Shown here in pieces: positions 1-7,496 of a DNA stretch of 37,441 nt. Under the pieces are notes generated by a model. It saw only the letters and a program-made list of their open reading frames with translations. It searched no databases and was not told the origin of the DNA. Source of the DNA: Bacilli bacterium (GTDB lineage: Bacteria > Bacillota_I > Bacilli_A > RF39 > UBA660); assembly GCA_028693965.1 (NCBI GenBank), contig JAQUUG010000002.1:1-37441 (forward strand), written 5' to 3'. The stretch's first letter is position 1, and every line of letters starts with the position of its first letter. A program made the position numbers and the translations under genes.

Positions 1-1
1 C

Positions 2-1819
2 TTGGTGGAAACCAATCCTAATGTTTTTTACATTAATAAGAAATTAAACAAGATGAATTTTAAAATCAATATTGGGACAACATTATTAACAGTAGTTATT
101 TTTAATAGAGGTTATTTAAAAAGCAGATTAACAGTTGGAGTAGAATTAATAGTCATTGGCAAGATTGATTTTTTACATAATACAATTGTTGCTAGTGAAA
201 TAAGATTTGGTAAAATAAATGAAGATGGTGAAGTAGAAGCTATCTATCATACTACATATGGAATAGATAGTCGAATGATTAGAACTCATGTTAATTTAGC
301 CTTGCAAAATAAAGATATTAATTTAGTTAATTATGTACCAAGTGATTTAATGGAAAAATATCATTTTATGGATAAAAATAAAGCTATTAGAATAGTTCAT
401 CAACCCCAGCAAATAGATGAATTAAAAAAAGCCACTTTAATGCTTAAATATGAAGAACTTTTTTTATTTATGTTGCGAATGAACTACTTGAAGTTAAATA
501 AATATAAACATGACGGTCTTCCTAAAAAGATTGATTATAATCTAGTTTTGAATTTGATAAATAAGTTACCATATACACTTACTGATGATCAGAATAACGC
601 TATTCAAGATATATATAATGATATGATTAGTAATAAGAGAATGAATCGGTTACTTCAAGGTGATGTTGGTAGTGGTAAAACAATTGTGGCTTTTATTTCA
701 ATGTATATGAATTATTTAAGTGGTTATCAAAGTGCCCTTATGGCACCAACGGAAGTTTTAGCTATTCAGCACTATCAAAATATAAATAATATTTTTAGTA
801 ATTTAAATATTAAAATTGCTTTATTAACGGGAAAAGTAAAAACAAAAGAAAAAAAGGAAATATATCAAAAATTGATGACTGGTGAGCTTGATATAGTAAT
901 AGGAACACATGCTTTAGTCGTTGATAAAGTTAGTTTTAGTAATCTTGGATTAGTAGTTACTGACGAGCAACATCGTTTTGGCGTTAATCAAAGAGGAATA
1001 TTAAAAAATAAAGGGCAAAAACCGGATATATTATATTTAAGTGCAACACCAATACCAAGAACATACGCTTTGACTTTATATGGCGATATGGATATTTCTA
1101 GTATTAAAACGATGCCAAGTGGTCGTAAAGAAATTAAAACTTTTGTAAAAAAGGAAAAACAAATAACAGAAGTATTAAAAATGATGTTAAATGAATTAAA
1201 GCTGGGGCATCAGATTTATATTATTGCTCCTCTAATTGAAGAAAGTGAAAAAATTGATTTAGAAAACATAAATGACATTGAAGATAAAATGAATAGAGCT
1301 TTTGGTAAACTATATAACATTAAAACTTTACATGGTAAAATGAAAAATGATGATAAAGATATAATTATGAGAGATTTTAAAGATAATAAGATTAATATTT
1401 TAATAAGCACAACAGTTATTGAAGTAGGAATAGATGTACCTAATGCTACTATGATGGTTATTTTTGATAGTTTTAGGTTTGGATTATCAACGTTACATCA
1501 GTTGCGTGGTAGAGTAGGACGCAGTAATTTGCAATCTTATTGTATTTTAATGAGCAATAAACAAACGGAAAGACTTAGCGTTTTAGAAAAAACTAATGAT
1601 GGTTTTTTAATTAGTGAAGAAGATTTTAGATTACGTGGTAGTGGAGATTTATTTGGTTATAAGCAAAGTGGTGATATGGCTTTTGCCATTGCTAATTTAA
1701 AAAATGATTATAGTCTTTTAATGAGAGCTAAAGATGATAGTTTAAATATTCTTGATAAAAAGTTATATAAAGATACAATATTAGAAAAAATAATTAATGA
1801 AATGGCTGATTTAAATTAG
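2..1819 (+). CDS. recG: ATP-dependent DNA helicase RecG, N-terminus cut by window edge
   Basis: ORF is open to position 2. Walker A GDVGSGKT, motif II TDEQHRFG, motif VI QLRGRVGRS, and a C-terminal RLRGSGDLFG..QSG segment typical of RecG. Confidence 0.93.
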   Translation: MVETNPNVFYINKKLNKMNFKINIGTTLLTVVIFNRGYLKSRLTVGVELIVIGKIDFLHNTIVASEIRFGKINEDGEVEAIYHTTYGIDSRMIRTHVNLALQNKDINLVNYVPSDLMEKYHFMDKNKAIRIVHQPQQIDELKKATLMLKYEELFLFMLRMNYLKLNKYKHDGLPKKIDYNLVLNLINKLPYTLTDDQNNAIQDIYNDMISNKRMNRLLQGDVGSGKTIVAFISMYMNYLSGYQSALMAPTEVLAIQHYQNINNIFSNLNIKIALLTGKVKTKEKKEIYQKLMTGELDIVIGTHALVVDKVSFSNLGLVVTDEQHRFGVNQRGILKNKGQKPDILYLSATPIPRTYALTLYGDMDISSIKTMPSGRKEIKTFVKKEKQITEVLKMMLNELKLGHQIYIIAPLIEESEKIDLENINDIEDKMNRAFGKLYNIKTLHGKMKNDDKDIIMRDFKDNKINILISTTVIEVGIDVPNATMMVIFDSFRFGLSTLHQLRGRVGRSNLQSYCILMSNKQTERLSVLEKTNDGFLISEEDFRLRGSGDLFGYKQSGDMAFAIANLKNDYSLLMRAKDDSLNILDKKLYKDTILEKIINEMADLN

Positions 1820-1852
1820 ATGTAAATATGGCGTCAAATTATGAAATGATTG

Positions 1853-1881
1853 TTGACAATTTAAAAATTAATATTTATAAT
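1853..1881 (+). promoter_or_regulatory. sigma-A type promoter, TTGACA-N17-TATAAT
   Basis: Perfect -35 TTGACA (1853-1858), exactly 17-nt spacer, perfect -10 TATAAT (1876-1881), 34 nt after the recG stop. Confidence 0.5.
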
Positions 1882-1887
1882 TATTAT

Positions 1888-1980
1888 GACGTGATTAATT
1901 CATGTCACAACATTCTTACGGTTTAAGGTGAGAGTGTTATCCAAAACCCCCTGAAGGAGCCGAGAGGCTCCATTTTTTTA
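1888..1980 (+). ncRNA. candidate ~90-nt small RNA or terminator-type leader (family unassigned)
   Basis: Lies between the consensus promoter and the hairpin GGAGCC-GAGA-GGCTCC (1956-1971) plus AT7. A 5' hairpin TGACGTGA/TCATGTCA sits at 1887-1907. No credible ORF. The next CDS starts 235 nt downstream. Confidence 0.3.
1951..1979 (+). repeat. conserved hairpin/U-tract module, copy 1 (functional-looking intrinsic terminator)
   Basis: CTGAAGGAGCCGAGAGGCTCCATTTTT. 6-bp GC-rich stem, GAGA loop, T-run. Near-identical core at 3395-3421 and 4034-4061. Confidence 0.6.
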
Positions 1981-2214
1981 TAACTAATTAGAAATGATTA
2001 TATTTAATACAAATAATGTTAACTAAATTTAATTTTAATTAATAATGGTTAAAAATCTTGCAAACTTTAGTAAATCAACATCAAGATTATAAAAAATTAA
2101 TCAGTATGCAAGAAATGTGTATATTTTTTATAACAGAAAGCATTAAAATTGAATGTTTAATATGATATAATAAAATTAAATAAATAAATTGTATTTATGA
2201 AAGGAGTTGTTAGA

Positions 2215-3222
2215 ATGTATCATCCTAGATTAAAAGGTAAATATTACGACATGGGGTTACATTATGGAGAAATACTTTATAAAAGTGGTCAAAAATTTAA
2301 TAATTATATTGAGCTAAATAGTGAACAAATAAAGTTTGGAAATGAAGCAATAAAAGTATACGAAGAAATTTTACCAGATATTATGCAAGAGGTTAAAGGT
2401 TTAGCAGAAGGATCTAAAACTGATTATTTTAAAATGGCTACTTGGCTTATAACTATGTATGGATTTGGAAATATAAAAGGATGTACATGTTTTGCATTTA
2501 ATGATAATGATAAAATAATATTATGCAGAAATAGTGATATGTATCCAGAATTAAAAAAAACAAGTGAAAGTGTATTATATATGCCAGAAAATGGATATAA
2601 GTTTTTAGGTAATACAACATCATTTATTCAAATTGAAGATGGAATAAATGAATGCGGTCTAGCAGTTGGAATTAATTTTTTGCTAACTAAAAACTATAAA
2701 ATTGGAATAAATACAGGCTTTTTAATTAGAGCAATATTAGAAAAATGTAAAAATACAGAAGAAGCAATAAAATTAATTAAAAGTATTCCACTTTGTTCAA
2801 CTCAAAATATTATTATCGCAGATAATGAAGGAAACTTATCTGTAGTGGAAGCATCTCCTAATAAAGTATTTGTTAGAAAATCAAAAAATTATATTGTATC
2901 AACTAATCATTTTGTATCAACTGAGATGAAAGATGAATTTTTAAAAACTGAAGATAATTGGTATTTGACTGATGATAGATATAATACATGTATAGATTCT
3001 TTAAAAGAGAAAAACAAAAATGTCGATTTTGCAATTGATTTAGCAAGTGGTAAAAAAGGATTTATATGTCAATATAATAAAAAATTAAATTTTGATACAC
3101 TTTGGTCATCAATCTATGACATTAAAGAAATGAAAATATTTAGAGCGGAAGGTAATCCATCAAAGACTAAATATAAAGATGATAGCAGATTAGATTGGGG
3201 GATAAGAAAAAGCAATTGTTAA
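2215..3222 (+). CDS. C45-family Ntn hydrolase / acyl-CoA:6-APA acyltransferase-like protein
   Basis: RBS AAAGGAG (2200-2206) sits 8 nt before ATG 2215 (the track start 2197 has no RBS). Internal G-C-T nucleophile context NIKGCTCFAF and overall length are typical of autoproteolytic C45 peptidases. Confidence 0.65.
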   Translation: MYHPRLKGKYYDMGLHYGEILYKSGQKFNNYIELNSEQIKFGNEAIKVYEEILPDIMQEVKGLAEGSKTDYFKMATWLITMYGFGNIKGCTCFAFNDNDKIILCRNSDMYPELKKTSESVLYMPENGYKFLGNTTSFIQIEDGINECGLAVGINFLLTKNYKIGINTGFLIRAILEKCKNTEEAIKLIKSIPLCSTQNIIIADNEGNLSVVEASPNKVFVRKSKNYIVSTNHFVSTEMKDEFLKTEDNWYLTDDRYNTCIDSLKEKNKNVDFAIDLASGKKGFICQYNKKLNFDTLWSSIYDIKEMKIFRAEGNPSKTKYKDDSRLDWGIRKSNC

Positions 3223-3394
3223 AATAATAATTTATAGGATAGATTATCATTAATAATAATAATTTTACATCGAGTATTTTACAAACTAAGTTGCAAAAAA
3301 TTGGAATTGCATAAAATATTTTAATTAAAAACACTTTATAAATAAACATAAAAAGAGGGTATTAAACTAGAAAGATTTATATCTCTAGCGCCCT

Positions 3395-3421
3395 CTGAAG
3401 AATCTGAGAGGCTCCATTTTT
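3395..3421 (+). repeat. conserved hairpin/U-tract module, copy 2 (5' stem arm degenerate)
   Basis: CTGAAGAATCTGAGAGGCTCCATTTTT has 24/27 identity to copy 1, but the 5' stem arm is mutated (GGAGCC to GAATCT). It is preceded by a nested hairpin AGAGGG(3354-3359)...CCCTCT(3391-3396). Confidence 0.4.
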
Positions 3422-3428
3422 ATTTTCT

Positions 3429-3482
3429 CAATAAACATAAGAACTAAGGTGTTTTTGAAATTACAATAAACTATAAGAACTA
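3429..3482 (+). repeat. direct repeat CAATAAAC(T)ATAAGAACTA x2
   Basis: 18 nt at 3429-3446 and 19 nt at 3464-3482 differ by one inserted T. Start-to-start spacing is 35 nt. Confidence 0.5.
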
Positions 3483-3610
3483 CAAATATTATTTTAATAG
3501 AAATCCTATTTTTTCTGGTCTTTCTTGGTATTTTTGATTTAAAAATTTGTAATAATAATTGTTAAATAAATGATATAATATTAAATTACATAATACAAAT
3601 TTTATAATCA

Positions 3611-3621
3611 TGTGGTATAAT
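3611..3621 (+). promoter_or_regulatory. extended -10 promoter element (TGTGGTATAAT)
   Basis: TGnTATAAT-type element about 28 nt upstream of the small-ORF start. A second TGATATAAT lies at 3571-3579. Confidence 0.35.
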
Positions 3622-3648
3622 AAAATAGTAAGATAGAGGAGTGATAAT

Positions 3649-3822
3649 GTGGAAATATTAGGAAATATTCTTGCAATAGTTGGATTTATATCAATGGTTT
3701 TTAATGGTAAACCTCATTCATGGGGTAAAACAAAATCTGGCAAACCAGTATGGCAACATATAATAATAGATATTGTTAGTGCACTAATTATGGTGCTTGG
3801 ATTTACTTTAGCAGGTAAATAA
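3649..3822 (+). CDS. small two-helix membrane protein, 57 aa (below ORF-track cutoff)
   Basis: GTG start 7 nt after RBS AGAGGAG (3635-3641). Sequence VEILGNILAIVGFISMVFNG-KPHSWGKTKSGKPVWQH-IIIDIVSALIMVLGFTLAGK: two hydrophobic helices with a K-rich loop. Own promoter and own terminator. Confidence 0.5.
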   Translation: MEILGNILAIVGFISMVFNGKPHSWGKTKSGKPVWQHIIIDIVSALIMVLGFTLAGK

Positions 3823-3833
3823 TTAAAAAAACA

Positions 3834-3864
3834 AAAGGTCAGGAGCTAATCCTGACCTTTATTC
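3834..3864 (+). terminator. intrinsic terminator of the small ORF
   Basis: AAAGGTCAGGA-GCTAA-TCCTGACCTTT: an 11-bp perfect stem followed by a T-rich tract. Confidence 0.6.
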
Positions 3865-4033
3865 ATTTCAGTAATTAAATTTACAATATCACTAAAAGCA
3901 TATACCATAAAAATAAATCATTTGTTATAAATTTATTTAAAGATTATAATTTAAATAAAAATACAAAATTTATTTACCTGTATTAATGATTTATATGTAA
4001 TTTTAATACTTTAAAACATGATATTTATTCTTC

Positions 4034-4061
4034 CAGAAGGAGCCCAGAGGCTCTTTTTTTT
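4034..4061 (+). repeat. conserved hairpin/U-tract module, copy 3
   Basis: CAGAAGGAGCCCAGAGGCTCTTTTTTTT. Stem GGAGCC/GGCTCT (one G-U pair), CAGA loop, T8. Confidence 0.5.
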
Positions 4062-4098
4062 GAGGGAGAATAAAAGACTGCTCTTTTTAAAATGTCAT

Positions 4099-4323
4099 TT
4101 ATCTTTTACTAATAATTAACTCAAAATCATCAAGTAATGTGTTAGTCATTGGAAAATTGTGAACACTACTTTTAGTTTTTGGAATTGTTACTACAAATTT
4201 TTTTTTATTCATGTAAGTTCTTAAAGTAATAATTTCTGTTCTTCATTTTCTTTTGTTATATAATTGAATTACTTGTTTTTTAAAATTATCTGTAAACTAT
4301 CTTCTATTTCTTCTTTCTGACAT
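4099..4323 (-). mobile_element. IS3-family transposase OrfA remnant (pseudogene, two in-frame stops, no OrfB)
   Basis: Minus-strand translation is MSERRNRR*FTDNFKKQVIQLYNKRK*RTEIITLRTYMNKKKFVVTIPKTKSSVHNFPMTNTLLDDFELIISKR*. The RR.FT..FK.QV.QLY..G..R.EI core is the IS3/IS150 OrfA helix-turn-helix pattern. Confidence 0.5.
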
Positions 4324-4436
4324 GGTCTTATTCCTTTCATTTTTTTATTAATTATAGTTTAACATGTCCTTATAAAAACTGTCTAATTTATTGTAACCAA
4401 TCAAATTATTTTTTTATTAATTCGTTATAAAAACAG

Positions 4437-4488
4437 TTACATTTTTTATGATTACTACATACAATATAGAAGTACATCTATATAGATG
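4437..4488 (+). promoter_or_regulatory. putative ars promoter (TTACAT-N17-TACAAT) plus 14-bp perfect palindrome (candidate ArsR operator)
   Basis: -35 at 4437-4442 and -10 at 4460-4465. CATCTATATAGATG at 4475-4488 is a perfect palindrome 22 nt upstream of the arsR ATG. Confidence 0.4.
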
Positions 4489-4510
4489 GTTATCTATGAA
4501 GGAGAACAAA

Positions 4511-4822
4511 ATGAAAAAATATAATATTGATGAAAAGATACTAGTGTTTAAAGCATTATCAGATAATAACAGATTACAAATAATTGATATATTGTCTTGT
4601 GGTGAGATGTGTGCTTGTAATATATTGGAGAGTTTTAATATAACACAACCAACTCTTTCACATCATATGAAAACCTTAATTGATGCTAAATTGGTAACGT
4701 CAAGAAAAGAAGCTAATTGGATATATTACAGTTTAAATAAAGATACTATAGATGAGTTGAATGCATTTATAAATTATATATCTAGTAGCAAAGATGATTG
4801 TATTTGTAAAAATATAAATTAA
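4511..4822 (+). CDS. arsR: ArsR/SmtB-family metalloregulator
   Basis: RBS GAAGGAG precedes ATG 4511. Winged HTH with LSCGEMCACNI (the ELCVCDL-type As(III) site) and QPTLSHHMKTL recognition helix. First gene of the arsRDA operon. Confidence 0.85.
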   Translation: MKKYNIDEKILVFKALSDNNRLQIIDILSCGEMCACNILESFNITQPTLSHHMKTLIDAKLVTSRKEANWIYYSLNKDTIDELNAFINYISSSKDDCICKNIN

Positions 4823-4881
4823 AATATAGATAAAAGTCTTAAAAGATATGCTTAAAAAATATAGAAATGGAGAGATTTATT

Positions 4882-5253
4882 ATGAAAAAAATGAAAATTT
4901 ATGAACCTGCAATGTGTTGCTCTACAGGAGTTTGTGGAGTTGGAGTTGATTCTGAATTATTAAGAATATCTACTGTTTTAAATAACTTAACAAAAAACGG
5001 AGTAATAGTTGATAGATATAATTTATCCACTACACCACAAGAATTTGTTAATAATAAAAAAGTAAGTGATTTTTTAAATACTAAAGGAGTAAAAAGACTA
5101 CCTATTATTATATTAGATGGAGAAATTGTAATTGAAGGCAGATACCCTAGCAATGAAGAAATATCGGAGTTACTAGATGTACCTATGAGTAATTTTACTA
5201 AAGTAGAATCAAGTAATAATAATAGTTGTTGCAGTGGCGGAAGATGTTGTTAA
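4882..5253 (+). CDS. arsD: arsenical metallochaperone/repressor ArsD
   Basis: MKIYEPAMCCSTGVCG (Cys12/13/18 motif) and a C-terminal CCSGGRCC. RBS GGAGAG lies 7 nt before ATG 4882. Confidence 0.9.
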   Translation: MKKMKIYEPAMCCSTGVCGVGVDSELLRISTVLNNLTKNGVIVDRYNLSTTPQEFVNNKKVSDFLNTKGVKRLPIIILDGEIVIEGRYPSNEEISELLDVPMSNFTKVESSNNNSCCSGGRCC

Positions 5254-6992
5254 TGGAACAACTATTTAATCCTAAAAATATGGAATTAACCAAATATTTG
5301 TTTTATACAGGAAAAGGTGGAGTTGGTAAAACATCTACTGCTTGCGCTACTGCTGTTAATTTAGCAGATAACGGGAAAAAGGTTTTATTAATAAGCACCG
5401 ATCCAGCCTCTAATCTACAAGATGTATTTAATACTGAACTTAACAATAAAGGAGTACAAATAAAAGAAGTTCCAAATCTAACGGTTGTTAATCTTGATCC
5501 TATTAAAGCCGCATTTGAATATAAAGAAAGTGTAATAGCACCATATAGAGGTAAATTGCCTGATACGGTATTAAAAAATATGGAAGAACAATTATCAGGT
5601 TCTTGTACTGTAGAAATCGCCTCATTTAATGAATTTTCTAATTTTATTACTGATGAAAAAGCAGAACAAGAATATGATCATATTATATTTGATACGGCTC
5701 CAACAGGTCATACATTAAGAATGTTACAATTACCATCGGCTTGGAGTAATTTTATATCGGAAAGTACACACGGAGCAAGTTGTTTAGGTCAGTTATCAGG
5801 ACTAGAAGATAGAAAAGAAATATACAAAAAAGCAGTAGAAACACTTGCTAATAAAAATAAGACTACTTTAATTATAGTTTCAAGACCAGATACAGCACCT
5901 TTAATTGAAGCTGAAAGAGCTTCCAAAGAACTTACAGATATAGGAATAAATAATCAAATTATGATTATTAATGGGGTATTACAAAACTATGATGATAGTA
6001 TTTCAGAGGGTTTATATAATAAACAACAAAATGCCCTTAAAAATATGCCTAATGGTTTAAAAGATAAAGCTACATATATAGTTCTTTTAAGAGCTTATAA
6101 TATTACAGGAATGGAAAATGTAAGAGCATTTTTCACGCAAGATAATTTAAATATCAATACTGAAAGTTTAAATACTGATAATATACCTAACTTACAAAAT
6201 GTCATAGATGATATTTATAATTCAAATAAAAAGGTTATATTTACAATGGGAAAAGGTGGAGTTGGTAAAACTACTATTGCTTGTGCAATTGCTTTAGGGC
6301 TCGCTAATAAAGGAAAAAAAGTACATCTTACTACAACTGATCCAGCTCATCATATTAAATTATTTATGGAAAATAATGACTTAATTACAATGAGTCATAT
6401 TGATGAGCAAGAAGAACTTGCAAATTATAAAGAAGAAATCTTATCTAAAGCAAGACAAACAATGTCAGAAGAAGATATTGCTTATGTCGAAGAAGATTTA
6501 AGGTCACCGTGTACTCAGGAAATTGCAGTATTTAGAAAGTTTGCTGAATTCGTTGAAAAAGCCGATGATGAAATTGTAGTTATAGATACAGCACCAACAG
6601 GTCACACTTTGTTACTTTTAGATTCTACCCAAAGTTATCATAAAGAAATACAAAGATCACAGGGAGATATACCAAAATCAGTTAAGAGACTACTTCCAAG
6701 ACTCCGAAATAAAAAAGAAACAGATGTGATAATTGTAACATTAGCAGAAGCAACCCCTGTATTTGAAGCTATTAGACTAGAAGAAGACTTAAAAAGAGCA
6801 GGGATAAATAATAACTGGTGGGTAATTAATTCTTCTTTATATAAAACAGGAACAACTAATAGAATGTTACAAGCAAAAGCAAGTAATGAAATTAAGTGGA
6901 TAAATAAAGTAGATGAACATTCAAAAGGCAACTTTGCTGTTATTAGTTGGAGTCCAGAAGATATAAAGGGAAACAAATTATTAGAATTATAA
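5253..6992 (+). CDS. arsA: arsenite-stimulated ATPase ArsA (two-domain)
   Basis: TAATG overlap with arsD. Duplicated halves each carry GKGGVGKT(S/T) and DTAPTGHT. Metalloid-site cysteines lie in SGSCTVE, GASCLGQ and RSPCTQE. Confidence 0.95.
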   Translation: MEQLFNPKNMELTKYLFYTGKGGVGKTSTACATAVNLADNGKKVLLISTDPASNLQDVFNTELNNKGVQIKEVPNLTVVNLDPIKAAFEYKESVIAPYRGKLPDTVLKNMEEQLSGSCTVEIASFNEFSNFITDEKAEQEYDHIIFDTAPTGHTLRMLQLPSAWSNFISESTHGASCLGQLSGLEDRKEIYKKAVETLANKNKTTLIIVSRPDTAPLIEAERASKELTDIGINNQIMIINGVLQNYDDSISEGLYNKQQNALKNMPNGLKDKATYIVLLRAYNITGMENVRAFFTQDNLNINTESLNTDNIPNLQNVIDDIYNSNKKVIFTMGKGGVGKTTIACAIALGLANKGKKVHLTTTDPAHHIKLFMENNDLITMSHIDEQEELANYKEEILSKARQTMSEEDIAYVEEDLRSPCTQEIAVFRKFAEFVEKADDEIVVIDTAPTGHTLLLLDSTQSYHKEIQRSQGDIPKSVKRLLPRLRNKKETDVIIVTLAEATPVFEAIRLEEDLKRAGINNNWWVINSSLYKTGTTNRMLQAKASNEIKWINKVDEHSKGNFAVISWSPEDIKGNKLLEL

Positions 6993-7012
6993 TAAAGTGA
7001 TTCTATGAATAC

Positions 7013-7057
7013 TGGATTATCCATCTCATAAAAGAGATGAGACAATCCATTTTTTTA
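7013..7057 (+). terminator. intrinsic terminator after arsA
   Basis: Long hairpin TGGATT..TCTCAT-AAAAG-ATGAGA..AATCCA followed by T7. Confidence 0.7.
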
Positions 7058-7496
7058 TCTCTATTTTACGTGGATAAAATGGTCATAAAATAAAAAAATA
7101 TATAAATTTAGGTTACATTTTAGATTGTATTAAAATAAATAATTAGCATTAGTTAATATTAATAAACATAAACTTACGTGAGCCTTTATTAAGAAAGTAA
7201 AAGCTTTTGTTTTGAAAGTAATTAGAAAAATTTTGAAATCATATAAAATTATTAGTGATATTTTAAATTAAAATATTATTTTTTTTTTTGAACATTTTCA
7301 AAAACTATAGATTTAGAGAAAATTTTCTCGGCTTTTATAGCTATTTAAAATATATAGATATTAATGTTTAGTCATAATTATATAATAAATTATTTTAAGT
7401 GTTAAAGATGTTAAAAAATAATAAATTTTATAATAATTTTAAAATATGTTATAATTAACAGAGAAATAAATAATAATATTTTATTTGAACTAAAGG

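Noticed and set aside
1888-1980. Assigning the candidate RNA to a known family (SRP/4.5S, fluoride, preQ1, guanidine mini-ykkC, NAD+ riboswitch).
   Set aside because: None of the consensus cores I recall for these families is present. A superficial CCAAAACCCC / GAAGGAGC resemblance is not enough, so it is left unassigned.
1941-4100. The three hairpin modules as remnants of a conserved small peptide gene.
   Set aside because: I translated both strands. The only ATG-initiated frames (minus strand MEPLGSFRGFWITLSP and MEPLRFFRGR) lack an RBS, differ in length, and copy 3 has no ATG. Conservation fits RNA/DNA structure better than coding.
7279-7289. T11 homopolymer as a phase-variation tract.
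   Set aside because: It lies about 210 nt upstream of the nearest start codon in a long AT-rich spacer, with no promoter elements positioned around it. Nothing indicates function.
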